A DNA stretch of 64,000 nt from an uncultured Verrucomicrobia subdivision 3 bacterium (lineage in GTDB: Bacteria > Verrucomicrobiota > Verrucomicrobiia > Limisphaerales > UBA11358), in NCBI GenBank assembly GCA_903850425.1, contig CAINLR010000131.1, positions 71,642 to 135,641 of the forward strand, given 5' to 3'. Made by a program: the position numbers and the translations under genes. The notes under the pieces were generated by a model. That model was not told the DNA's origin and searched no databases. It worked only from the letters and a program-made list of their open reading frames with translations. Each line of letters opens with the position of its first letter. Within the stretch, counting starts at the first letter, position 1. This document shows positions 1-9,218 of the stretch, in pieces.

Positions 1-308
1 AACCAAAAAGAGAATGGCGAGGGTTGAGTTTTGATTTTGATAAATCAAAAGGGCGGCTCCGAGGACCGCGCAAAATACGCGGCTCGACATCGAGGAGATA
101 TCCGCAGAAGATTCAGCTCGGATCAAAGCGCGTTGCGAGCAGCTCGTTTGCAAGACGCGAACAGAGGCGGAGGAAGTCCAAGCCAGGTTGATTCGTTGGA
201 GGAAAGCCAGAACACGACCACAGTCGCCGGTAAAACGGCGGCCTAAGGCATTTCATGGCCATTCCAGCCACATTATTTTATGACAAAGAATTTTAGCCGC
301 ACCGACCT

Positions 309-1208
309 ATGAGATGGACCCCGCTGAATATCACCGTCCGCGTCGGCTGCAACCTCGCCTACGAAACCACCGTGCAGACGCCCGTTTTGTTTGTGCTCAA
401 ACCCCGGCTCGAAGGCAAGGTGCTCGTGATGCAGGAGCGGCTCTCGTTCGGCATTGGCCTGCCGTCGTATGAATTCCAGGACAGCCACGGCAACATCACC
501 TATCGCTCGACGTTCATGCCGGGCCGCAACGAAATCCGGCACGACGCGCTTGTCGCGGTTTCCTCGCTGCCGGACAGCCGGGAAATCCTTGGCAACATCA
601 CGCCGGTAGGCCAACTGCCGTATGAGCTGTTGCGCTACACGTTGCCGAGTCGCTACTGCGATTCCGACAAGCTGATGAATTTTGCGTGGCATCAATTTGG
701 CCAGATTCCACACGGCCTGCCGCGCGTCCAGGCCATCTGCGACTGGGTTCACAATAATATCGAATACCGCTATATGTCCGGTCGCTCCGACTTGTCCGCC
801 TCCGAGGTCATCGAACGGCGTTACGGCGTCTGCCGGGATTTTGCCCACGCGGTCATTGCGCTGTGCCGCGCCTTTAATTTGCCGGCGCGCTACGTCACCG
901 GCCATTTGCCTGACATCGGGTTCACGGATCCGGGCACGCCGATGGATTTTCACGCGTATTGCGAAGTCTATCTTGGCCAGGAATGGCTGACCTTCGACGC
1001 GCGCTTCAATGTTCCGCGCATCGGCCGGGTGAAAGTCGCGCACGGTCAGGACGCGGTGGATGGCGCGTTCGCGACGATTTATGGCGAGGCCAATCTGACG
1101 CACTTCCAAGTGTGGGCCTATCAGGTGAACCCGCAGCAGGTTTCCGTTGGCGATCCGATTGATTTGTCCAAGCGGCTGGATGGCACTCCGACGCTGCGGC
1201 TGGGTTAA
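309..1208 (+). CDS. transglutaminase-like cysteine peptidase family protein
   Basis: 299-aa ATG ORF. Transglutaminase-core context is visible (YGVCRDFAHAV, DFHAYCEVYL, TFDARF). The opposite-strand ORF 273..1109 is an Arg-rich shadow. Confidence 0.85.
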   Translation: MRWTPLNITVRVGCNLAYETTVQTPVLFVLKPRLEGKVLVMQERLSFGIGLPSYEFQDSHGNITYRSTFMPGRNEIRHDALVAVSSLPDSREILGNITPVGQLPYELLRYTLPSRYCDSDKLMNFAWHQFGQIPHGLPRVQAICDWVHNNIEYRYMSGRSDLSASEVIERRYGVCRDFAHAVIALCRAFNLPARYVTGHLPDIGFTDPGTPMDFHAYCEVYLGQEWLTFDARFNVPRIGRVKVAHGQDAVDGAFATIYGEANLTHFQVWAYQVNPQQVSVGDPIDLSKRLDGTPTLRLG

Positions 1209-1311
1209 AAAAAGTTCTAGCGGTTTGGTGGTGCGCGCGCACGGAAAACGTTTTCCTCGAAGTGTGCCAAAGTGATTGCGCGGATTTTATTTTCCGCTAT
1301 AAACCCGCGCC

Positions 1312-1962
1312 ATGTTGAAACATCTTTTCCAGCCCCTGCTCGCTTGGTATCAGACCGCGCTCGAAACGGGCGGCTATTGGGTCGTCGGCCTGCTGATGAC
1401 GTGCGAAAGCTCCGTGCTGCCGATTCCCAGCGAGAGCATCATCCCGCTGGCGGCCAGCTGGTCGCATACGGGGAAAATTTCGGTGAGCCTGCCGGCCCTC
1501 GTGCTGGCGGGCACGATCGGTTCCTGGCTGGGCGCGACGATTGTCTATTGGCTGGCGCGGCTGGCGGGCCGGCCGCTGCTGATGCGCTACGGAAAATTCG
1601 TCCTGATCACGCCGGACAAAATCCAGCGGAGCGAAAACTGGATGGCGCACTACGGCGCGGCGGGCGTATTCATCGCGCGGCTGCTGCCGGGCGCGCGGCA
1701 GCTCGTGGGCGTGCCGGCGGGCATTGCGCGAATGGACTACCTGAAATTTTCCATTTTCACTCTGCTCGGTTCGGCGATCTGGTGCTCGGTGCTGGCCGGG
1801 CTGGGCGTGAAGATCGGGGCGGACATCAGCAAGGGCGAAATGCACAAGGTGGTGCTATTCATCCTCGGCGTGGTGGCAGTGCTGGGGGTGCTGTATTACT
1901 TCTTCGTCCACCGGCACATGACGGCGGGAAAAGCCGATGCCGGAAGGCCGAAAGCAGAATAA
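1312..1962 (+). CDS. DedA family inner-membrane protein
   Basis: 216-aa polytopic ORF with DedA/SNARE-associated signature stretches (CESSVLPIPSESIIP, ARLLPGARQLVGVPAGIARM). Confidence 0.85.
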   Translation: MLKHLFQPLLAWYQTALETGGYWVVGLLMTCESSVLPIPSESIIPLAASWSHTGKISVSLPALVLAGTIGSWLGATIVYWLARLAGRPLLMRYGKFVLITPDKIQRSENWMAHYGAAGVFIARLLPGARQLVGVPAGIARMDYLKFSIFTLLGSAIWCSVLAGLGVKIGADISKGEMHKVVLFILGVVAVLGVLYYFFVHRHMTAGKADAGRPKAE

Positions 1963-2131
1963 AACTTCTTCGGAGAGAGGGTCGGTGACCCGCAACTGCT
2001 CCGCCAACGCCGGACGCTTGGTTAGTCAGACGCGTTTCTCATTGCCAAAGTGCTGCGGTCACAGACCCGCGGTCTGACGCAAATCAGTGCCTTATCCATG
2101 CCCATCCGCAGTTAGAAACGCTTTACCGCGC

Positions 2132-2581
2132 TCACTTCACCAATTCAAAACTGTAGGGATACTTGAAATCCTCGCCGTTGCTGGCCTTGATGCCCGCGAC
2201 GATTGAAAAGATGAGTCCGGCCAGCCCAATCAGCATGACCACCGGGAACAGCAGATAGCCGATGCAGAAAAACGACAGCACAAACGCCGCCACCAGTCCC
2301 ACCGTCAGCGCGATGGTGATGGTGATTTGAAAATTCAACGCTGCCTTCCCATGGATATCCACGGAGGGAAACTCGCTCTTCTTGATTTGCCAGACCAGCA
2401 GCGGGCCAAGGATGTGGCCGAACGGGAAGACGCAACCCGCCAGCGCGCTCAGGTGGCAAAGCATGTTCCACATGCGCGCCTGGCTTTCGGGGTTCGGCGG
2501 CGGCGTTGGTGCCCCGGTGGACGGGGTTACGGGCGGCGGCGGCTGAATGGGCGGTGGCGCTTGCGTTTGGTTTTCAGGCAT
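2132..2581 (-). CDS. small membrane protein, DUF4870-like, with Pro-rich N-terminus
   Basis: Start placed at ATG 2581 (MPENQTQAPPP...). MLCHLSALAG..FPFGHILGPLLVWQ plus two further TM helices follow. The longer 2776 start would run over the uvrC start region. Confidence 0.7.
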   Translation of the reverse strand: MPENQTQAPPPIQPPPPVTPSTGAPTPPPNPESQARMWNMLCHLSALAGCVFPFGHILGPLLVWQIKKSEFPSVDIHGKAALNFQITITIALTVGLVAAFVLSFFCIGYLLFPVVMLIGLAGLIFSIVAGIKASNGEDFKYPYSFELVK

Positions 2582-2675
2582 AAATTTCCTTTCTGCTGCT
2601 GGTGTGAATATGCCCGGCGCGCTCCCGCAGCAAGTTTTTTTTGCGTAAAATGTCTTTGCCCCGGGACGGCTTTGC

Positions 2676-4166
2676 GTGGAAATTCTCCGCGTGCCGATCA
2701 CCGAAGCCATCCGTAAAAAACTGGGAGCCGTCCCGCACAAGCCAGGCGTGTATCTGCACAAGGACCGCTTCGGCACGGTGATCTACGTCGGCAAGGCGCT
2801 CGATCTGCGGAAACGCGTCAGCCAGTATTTTCAATCCTCGCGGCGCATGGGTTGGGACTTGAAATTCAACGCACTGGTTGAGGCGATTTGCGATTTCGAT
2901 GTCCACGTCGTCCGCAGCGAACCCGAAGCGCTGCTGCTCGAAAGCAAACTCATCAAGGAATTCAAGCCGCGCTTCAATGTCAGCCTCCGCGACGACAAGC
3001 GTTTCCTGATGCTCAAGGTGAACTTGAACGACCCGATTCCGAACTTCACCTTCACCCGCTTAAAAAAAGACGACGGCGCGCGCTATTTCGGGCCGTTCGT
3101 GAATTCGTTTGGGCTACGCAATGTGATGGCGCTGGCACAAAAACAATTCAACCTGCGCGGTTGCCGCGTGTTCACGCCGGGCGAGGCGGATTACAAGCAT
3201 TGTCTCTACGCGCATCTGAAACATTGCACCGCGCCGTGCGTCGGGATTGTCACGCGCGAGCAGTATCTCGAACAGGTTCAGGCCGCGTGCAATTTTCTCG
3301 AAGGCCAGTGCCGCGAGATGCAAGGCCAGCTCGAAGCCCAAATGAAAAAGGCCGCCGCCGCGCACGAGTTCGAGCGGGCCGCCGACCTGCGCGATCTCCT
3401 CCGCGACCTGAACGACACCTGGAAGAAGACGGAAAAATTTGCGCGCGTGCCCTACACCTTGCCGCTTTCGATCAACCCGGAAAGTGATTTGATTGAGCTC
3501 GGCAAGATTCTCAATTTGCCTGCGCCGCCCATGCGCATTGAAGGTTTTGATATTTCGAACATCAGCGGCACGTTTGCCGTGGCGTCGCTCGTCAGCTTCA
3601 AGAACGGCCGCCCGGACCGAGCAAACTATCGCCGGTTCAAAATCAAGACGGTTGAAGGACAGGATGATTTTGCGAGCATGGCGGAAGTGGTGCGTCGGCG
3701 GTATTCGCGGCTGAAGCGTGAAACAAAACCGCTGCCAGATCTCATCCTGATCGACGGCGGCAAAGGTCAACTGGGCATGGCGTGCGCGGAATTAGAAAAA
3801 CTCGGACTCGAAAAAATTGCCGTGATCGGGCTGGCGAAAGAGTTCGAGGAAATTTATCTGCCGGACATAGCTTTGCCGCAGCGGCTCGGCCTCGATCATC
3901 CGGCGGTGAAGCTGTTGCAGCGCGTGCGGGACGAGTGTCATCGCGTGGCGAATTCCTACAACGCCCAGTTGCGGCTGAAGAAAATTTCCGAGAGCGTGCT
4001 GGATGACTTTCCCGGCATCGGCGAGCAGCGCAAAAAAGCGCTGCTGAAAAAATTCGGTTCCGTGCAGCGCTTGAAAATAGCCACGCTGGAACAACTCGCG
4101 GAGGTGCCTGGCTTCGGCGGCAAGGCGGCCGAAGAATTGAAAAAATTTCTCGCGGCTCGAACTTAA
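2676..4166 (+). CDS. uvrC: excinuclease ABC subunit C
   Basis: GIY-YIG N-terminus (PGVYLHKDRFGTVIYVGKALDLRKRVSQYF), UVR motif (EFERAADLRDLLRDL), endonuclease region (IEGFDISNISG) and C-terminal (HhH)2 (FPGIGEQRKKALLKKFGS..VPGFGGKAAEEL). GTG start. 496 aa is compact for UvrC. Confidence 0.9.
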   Translation: MEILRVPITEAIRKKLGAVPHKPGVYLHKDRFGTVIYVGKALDLRKRVSQYFQSSRRMGWDLKFNALVEAICDFDVHVVRSEPEALLLESKLIKEFKPRFNVSLRDDKRFLMLKVNLNDPIPNFTFTRLKKDDGARYFGPFVNSFGLRNVMALAQKQFNLRGCRVFTPGEADYKHCLYAHLKHCTAPCVGIVTREQYLEQVQAACNFLEGQCREMQGQLEAQMKKAAAAHEFERAADLRDLLRDLNDTWKKTEKFARVPYTLPLSINPESDLIELGKILNLPAPPMRIEGFDISNISGTFAVASLVSFKNGRPDRANYRRFKIKTVEGQDDFASMAEVVRRRYSRLKRETKPLPDLILIDGGKGQLGMACAELEKLGLEKIAVIGLAKEFEEIYLPDIALPQRLGLDHPAVKLLQRVRDECHRVANSYNAQLRLKKISESVLDDFPGIGEQRKKALLKKFGSVQRLKIATLEQLAEVPGFGGKAAEELKKFLAART

Positions 4167-4804
4167 ACGGTGCGGCGTTGATAGGGAAAACATATCACCA
4201 AAGCGGCGGCGATCAGCAAGCTGACACCAAATACCAGCCGGCAGAGTGCGTCAAATGTCACCAAGCCATCATAGACGGACTGGGTTGCGGCGGGAACCAG
4301 CAGCGTGACGCCAACCAATAGCACCGCCACGCCGGCACCGGTTTTTAAGTTTGCTTTCCGAAAAGACCATTCGACCTTCTTTAATTCGCGTCCAGTGAGT
4401 TTCGGTTGAATGATCTGCCGCAGAGATTCCAACGACCCCATCTGAAAAATCAGGCCGAGCAACCATAAGCCCAGCCATTTATCGGACATGACAAGCTGGT
4501 CACGCAATTGCAGCGACCCCGGCAACTGTGCGGCAATGCCGATCAAAAGGACGGCGACACATTTTAAAATGGTTTTCATAAATATCCCTTCACTTTTCTT
4601 GAATTCGCTTTTGAGCATTTTTGGTTGACCAATTTGACGGGCGGAAATTTCAAAGGCCGTCTGTTCGCTTAATCCTACTTTCATTTGCCGTTCGATTTCT
4701 TCGCGCAAATGACTTTCCAGTTCCTCCAGCGGCACGGGTGATTTGATGCCGGCGGCGAGCATTTGTTTCCGCCAATCGGCGATGGATTTTTCGAGGTCAA
4801 ACAT
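4163..4804 (-). CDS. PadR-associated membrane protein, paralog 2 (N-terminal helical 'permease-prefix-like' domain plus about 4 TM)
   Basis: N-terminus MFDLEKSIADWRKQMLAAGIKSPVPLEELESHLREEIERQ is about 70 % identical to the upstream paralog. A hydrophobic C-terminal half follows. The start overlaps the upstream stop as ATGTTTGA. Confidence 0.7.
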   Translation of the reverse strand: MFDLEKSIADWRKQMLAAGIKSPVPLEELESHLREEIERQMKVGLSEQTAFEISARQIGQPKMLKSEFKKSEGIFMKTILKCVAVLLIGIAAQLPGSLQLRDQLVMSDKWLGLWLLGLIFQMGSLESLRQIIQPKLTGRELKKVEWSFRKANLKTGAGVAVLLVGVTLLVPAATQSVYDGLVTFDALCRLVFGVSLLIAAALVICFPYQRRTV

Positions 4805-5447
4805 ATTGGCTCCCGTGGGTTGAATTCCGCGCTAGGATGACGCGCCGCCGTTCACACCAAATCCAAAAGATGCCCGGCAAACACAATATCAACAGCAAAC
4901 CGCCTCGATACCAGGCGGGGACTTCCCGCACTCCTCCCAAAATGCCTGTCTCCACACGGAAAAAATTATAAGTTCCAATTCCGGCCAAAATCAGACAGAC
5001 AAGCGCCGACACCATGCGACTGGCTTGGTCGCGGCTCGCCTTGGCTAATCGCCAAATTCCTAAAGCGGCCACAAGTATCAGGCAAACAGTGGCAAAAACT
5101 GCCGCGTTCCACTTTGGATGAAATGAAAAGAAATTCCAGTCCAAGTCGAATGCTGACACGCCCGCCAGCAAGGTGAAACTGGCCGCCAACCAGCCACTGA
5201 TCAGCAAGAGGGGGCGCCATATGTTATGGCCTTCGAGCTTTTTGAATTCGCTTTGCATCCTGTGGGTCTCTCCAAAATTTTCAACCCCAACTTGGAGTGC
5301 TTCCGCTTCGCTCAATCCTAATTTCACTTGCCGCTCGATTTCCTCGCGCAGATGGCTTTCCAATTCCTCCAGCGGCATGGGCGTTTGAATGCCGGCGGCG
5401 AGCATCTGTTGCCGCCATTCCGTGATGGCTTGTTCGAGGTCAAACAT
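4797..5447 (-). CDS. PadR-associated membrane protein, paralog 1
   Basis: MFDLEQAITEWRQQMLAAGIQTPMPLEELESHLREEIERQ followed by about 4 TM helices. The start overlaps the PadR stop with the same ATGTTTGA junction. Confidence 0.7.
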   Translation of the reverse strand: MFDLEQAITEWRQQMLAAGIQTPMPLEELESHLREEIERQVKLGLSEAEALQVGVENFGETHRMQSEFKKLEGHNIWRPLLLISGWLAASFTLLAGVSAFDLDWNFFSFHPKWNAAVFATVCLILVAALGIWRLAKASRDQASRMVSALVCLILAGIGTYNFFRVETGILGGVREVPAWYRGGLLLILCLPGIFWIWCERRRVILARNSTHGSQYV

Positions 5448-5772
5448 ATTGCTCCTTTTTCAAACCGGCCAGGACACCGTGGATCAGCGTCCAATGTTCG
5501 TGGTGTTTGGCCATCGCTGTCTTGCCGTCCTTTTTGAGGGAGTAGTATTTCCGCTTCCGCCCGGTCTCGCTTTCGCCCCAGCGCGACTTGATCAAGCCCC
5601 GATGTTCCATCCGGTGCAGCACCGGGTAGAGCATCCCATCCGTCCAGTTCAGCTTGCCCTCGGAGCGGGCTTTGACTTCTTGGATGATGGCGTAGCCGTA
5701 GCTCTCGCCCTTGGCCAGCAGCGACAACACCAGCGGTTCAGCGGAAGCAGCGACAAGTTCTTTGCGAATCAT
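5440..5772 (-). CDS. PadR family transcriptional regulator
   Basis: Winged-helix PadR signature (ESYGYAIIQEV..WTDGMLYPVLHRMEHRGLI..RKYYSLKKDG). Start set at ATG 5772 because a TTGACA-N17-TATAGT promoter lies immediately upstream. ATG 5787 is the alternative. Confidence 0.85.
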   Translation of the reverse strand: MIRKELVAASAEPLVLSLLAKGESYGYAIIQEVKARSEGKLNWTDGMLYPVLHRMEHRGLIKSRWGESETGRKRKYYSLKKDGKTAMAKHHEHWTLIHGVLAGLKKEQYV

Positions 5773-5778
5773 AGGGGC

Positions 5779-5807
5779 ACTATACATAGCCTCTATATGT
5801 ATGTCAA
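5779..5807 (-). promoter_or_regulatory. sigma70-like promoter of the PadR operon (-35 TTGACA, 17-nt spacer, -10 TATAGT)
   Basis: The minus strand reads TTGACA (5807-5802), a 17-nt spacer, then TATAGT (5784-5779). The predicted start site falls at or next to ATG 5772. An imperfect inverted repeat CTATACATAG/CTATATGTATG overlaps the spacer. Confidence 0.45.
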
Positions 5808-5865
5808 GCTGGCAAACTCCCGGTCCGCCAGCAGACAGTGGCGCAAGGGGGCTTTGGGGCTGGGT

Positions 5866-7797
5866 TCAGTAGCTCAGCCCAAACCCGAGCGGGTAGAGCG
5901 GGTCTTTGATGTGGGCGCGCGGCAGTTGATCCATGGAGCGCGGCCAGGTGTAGGAGAGTTTGCCGGTCGGCTTCGTGTCACCGAAGATGACGTCGGTCAC
6001 GCCATTGCCTTCCGTGCCCGGCAACCACGCGGCGACGATGGCATCCGCTTGGTTCACAATCTCGCCAAGGACCAGCGGGCGGCCAGAAAGTATTATCACC
6101 ACGACCGGAATCCCGGCGGATTTCATGGTGGACACCAGCGCGGCATCTTCTTTGGAAACGGCCAGGTCGGTGCGGTCGCCTTTGCCTTCGGCATAAGGGT
6201 TTTCGCCAATGACGACGACGCCGACGCTCGCACCGGCGGCACCTGAACCATCCCGCGAGGTGGTCACTTCCGTGCTTGTGCCTGCGTGCTGACGCAGGGC
6301 GGCGAGAATCGTCGTGCCGCCGGGAGTCACTGCGCCGGGTTTGCCCTGCCAATCAATCGTCCAGCCGCCGCACTGAATACCGATGGCGTCCACCCCGCGG
6401 CCGGCGACATGAATTTTCTTGGCGGATTTTTTCAGCGGCAACACCCCGCCTTCGTTCTTGAGCAACACGAGCGACTTGCTGACCGCTTCGCGCGCGACGG
6501 CGCGATGGGCGGACGAGCCAAACGCCTGCTGGAGTCGTGCATCCATTTTCACGTTAAAATCTTTTGCCAGCAAACCCTGGGCATATTTGACGCGCAGAAT
6601 GCGCGTGACGGCGTCGTCAATGCGCGCCATCGGGATTTTGCCTTCATGCACCAGTTCGATCAGCGAGGTAATGAATTCCTTGTAGCGATCCGTTAACATG
6701 ACCATGTCCATGCCGGCGTTGATGGAAATCTCGATGCACTTCTTGTAATTGCTGCTGCGCACCTGGCCGGAGGCGTTCTCACTCTGCACGGACGAATCTT
6801 TGGCACCCGCCGGGATAATTTGGTCAATGGCGTTATAATCGGAAATCAAGAATCCTTCAAAGCCGAGTTCCTTCTTGAGCAGATCGGTAAGGAGAAATTT
6901 GTTGGCCGAACATTTCACGCCATTCCAACTGCTATACGACGGCATGATCGTGCCCACGCCCGCCGCGATGGTCGCCGGATAGCCGGCGAGGTGGATTGCC
7001 CGCAAGGTAGCTTCGTCCACTTGAGTATTGCCCTGATCGAGACCGGCGCGGCCATTATTTCCGATATAAGTCGTGCCGCCATCGCCGACGAAGTGTTTGG
7101 CGCACGCCACCACGGCGGTCGGGCTGTTGAGTTCACTGCCTTGGAAGCCGCGCACGGCGGCGCCGGCCAGCGATGCCACCACAGCCGGATCTTCCGAGAA
7201 GCCTTCATACGTGCGGCCCCAGCGGATATCCTGTGGCACCGTCACACACGGGGCGAAGGCCCATTGGATGCCGGTGGCGCGCACTTCTTCCGCCGTCACG
7301 CGTTCCACTTTTTCGATCAACGCCGGATCATGCGTGCAGCCCAGCCCGATGTGATGCGGAAAAATCACCGCGCCGAGCACGTTGTTGTGGCCGTGAACCG
7401 CATCTATGCCATAGAGGATCGGAATCGCGAGGCGAGTTTTGAGCGCGTGGCTTTGGCAGTCCACGTAAAGTTGTGACCAGTCGGCAAGCGTGTTCCCCGA
7501 CTTGGGATCCGAACTGCCGCCGCTCAGGATCGAGCCGAGACAGAGTTTTTCAATGTCCGCAAAATCCTTCAACGACCCGAGATCCGGCTGGGTCATCTGG
7601 CCGGCTTTTTCCTCCAGCGTCATGCGCGCGACGATCGTTTTGATTTCCGCGTCATGTGCGGTGAGCCACGCGGGCGAGGCGGCGAAGCTGGTGGTGGTGA
7701 CTAGCGCGAAACTAAAGGCGAGGCCGAGACGAGCCGCACAGTTGATACGATGGAATGAAAATGCAGGGTTGGATGACATAAGCGTGATGCCCGACAT
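5866..7797 (-). CDS. glycoside hydrolase family 3 (beta-glucosidase-like), exported
   Basis: 643 aa with an N-terminal signal-like segment, [10 protein letters not shown], the nucleophile context [11 protein letters not shown], and a C-terminal alpha/beta sandwich region ([16 protein letters not shown]). Confidence 0.9.
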   Translation of the reverse strand: MSGITLMSSNPAFSFHRINCAARLGLAFSFALVTTTSFAASPAWLTAHDAEIKTIVARMTLEEKAGQMTQPDLGSLKDFADIEKLCLGSILSGGSSDPKSGNTLADWSQLYVDCQSHALKTRLAIPILYGIDAVHGHNNVLGAVIFPHHIGLGCTHDPALIEKVERVTAEEVRATGIQWAFAPCVTVPQDIRWGRTYEGFSEDPAVVASLAGAAVRGFQGSELNSPTAVVACAKHFVGDGGTTYIGNNGRAGLDQGNTQVDEATLRAIHLAGYPATIAAGVGTIMPSYSSWNGVKCSANKFLLTDLLKKELGFEGFLISDYNAIDQIIPAGAKDSSVQSENASGQVRSSNYKKCIEISINAGMDMVMLTDRYKEFITSLIELVHEGKIPMARIDDAVTRILRVKYAQGLLAKDFNVKMDARLQQAFGSSAHRAVAREAVSKSLVLLKNEGGVLPLKKSAKKIHVAGRGVDAIGIQCGGWTIDWQGKPGAVTPGGTTILAALRQHAGTSTEVTTSRDGSGAAGASVGVVVIGENPYAEGKGDRTDLAVSKEDAALVSTMKSAGIPVVVIILSGRPLVLGEIVNQADAIVAAWLPGTEGNGVTDVIFGDTKPTGKLSYTWPRSMDQLPRAHIKDPLYPLGFGLSY

Positions 7798-8104
7798 TTA
7801 ACGATCGAAATTAGGAATTGCCAAGTGAATACTGGCGGTTTTTTCCCCGATGCTTTGGCGGGGTAGAGTCGTGGAGTAAGCGCCGTGAGATCCTCCCCCA
7901 ACCAGCGTGCCGCTGGCGGACTGCCGAATGAACTATGCCCATGGAAGACCTTCAGGTCAAAGCGAAGGTCTTTTTCGCAGAGTCTAGTGTTACGAACATC
8001 AATAATTATGAACACAGCTGCCGGTCACGCGCGGGCCGCAACTGCGGGCTGGCAGCTTTTACCAACTTGGTTATACTGATGGCGTTCTCCACTCCAACCA
8101 TAAT

Positions 8105-8992
8105 ATGAAAACATTACTCAGCCTCACGGCGGCGCTGGCGCTACTGCTGCCGGCGGTTGCTCAGACCCAGTCGCCCGCCGAGCAGCTCGGCTGGACGCTT
8201 GCCGTTCACTCCTACACTTACCAGAAGTTCTCCATCTACGACGCGATTGACAAGACCGCCGCCGTTGGGGCCAAGCACATGAGCATCTCCGGCAATGTAA
8301 ATCTGGTGGATGACTCCGGGAAAATTACCGCCAAGCCTACCATCACCACTTCCGAGAAAGACATGGCCGCCATCAAGGCGCGGATGAAAGCAAAGGGCAT
8401 TGATCCCGTGTTCGTGAACATGGGCGTGGTCAGGCCCAGCATCAACGAAGCGGAGAGCCGAAAGATTTTCGAAGGCGCCAAACGTCTCGGCATCACGGTG
8501 CTGGTTGCGGAGCCGGAAACCCACGGCAAGATGGCAGAGCTCGGGCCGGTGATGGACGTCGTGGAGAAGCTTGCCAAGGAATATAATATCAAGGTCGCCA
8601 TTCATAATCATCCGGGACCGAACAATTTTTACTGGAACCCCGACACGATTTTGGCGGCGGTGAAAGGCCGCAGCCCGTTGCTCGGCGCGTGTGCGGACGT
8701 GGGCCATTGGGTGCGCTCGGGGCTTGATCCCGTCGAGTGTCTCAAGAAGCTGGAAGGCCGGGTGATTACCCTGCATTTCAAAGACCTCAACGAAAAAGGC
8801 CCCAAGGCGCACGACGTGCCATGGGGCACCGGCATCAGCAATGCGAAAGGCATGTTGGCTGAATTGAAGCGGCAGAATTTCAAGGGTGCCTTCTGCGTGG
8901 AATACGAATACAACTGGGAAAATTCCTCGCCCGAAATTGCCAAGTGCGTGACGTGGTTCAACGCCACCTGCGCCGAGTTGGCAACCCCTTGA
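8105..8992 (+). CDS. sugar phosphate isomerase/epimerase (xylose isomerase-like TIM barrel), exported
   Basis: Signal peptide MKTLLSLTAALALLLPAVAQ. TIM-barrel family stretches are present (VAIHNHPGPN, ACADVGHWVRSG, AFCVEYEYNWE). Confidence 0.8.
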   Translation: MKTLLSLTAALALLLPAVAQTQSPAEQLGWTLAVHSYTYQKFSIYDAIDKTAAVGAKHMSISGNVNLVDDSGKITAKPTITTSEKDMAAIKARMKAKGIDPVFVNMGVVRPSINEAESRKIFEGAKRLGITVLVAEPETHGKMAELGPVMDVVEKLAKEYNIKVAIHNHPGPNNFYWNPDTILAAVKGRSPLLGACADVGHWVRSGLDPVECLKKLEGRVITLHFKDLNEKGPKAHDVPWGTGISNAKGMLAELKRQNFKGAFCVEYEYNWENSSPEIAKCVTWFNATCAELATP

Positions 8993-9218
8993 CGCGGAAA
9001 ACCGGCGCGCCGGTGAGGTTTATTATGGCCAACCAAATTGAGCCTCGCGATTCGCTGGTGGCGCTGAAGCAAGGCGGGCCGTTGTGATCAGCGGCGCGAT
9101 CGCCCCCTTTTCCATGAACCTCGATATGCCACAGCACCCGCTCAACCCAGCCTTCTCCCCCGCTGGGGCAGCAGGTGGCCGAAGGCGGGATGAGGGGCCC
9201 CGCTGCCACCAAACTGAT

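Noticed and set aside
31-246. 71-aa ORF at the window start, and an open frame reading ..LDIEEISAEDSARIKARCEQLV..
   Set aside because: No motif, no convincing start or RBS, and the alternative frame lacks any start codon. I cannot support a call, and it may belong to a gene truncated by the window edge.
273-1109. 278-aa minus-strand ORF overlapping the transglutaminase-like gene, and similarly 5389..6246(+) opposite PadR and GH3
   Set aside because: Shadow ORFs. The opposite frames have clear family motifs.
9001-9014. Perfect 14-nt palindrome ACCGGCGCGCCGGT just after the sugar isomerase gene
   Set aside because: It could form a short GC hairpin followed by GAGGTTTATT, but the loop would be minimal and the T-tract is poor. 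I left it uncalled as a terminator.
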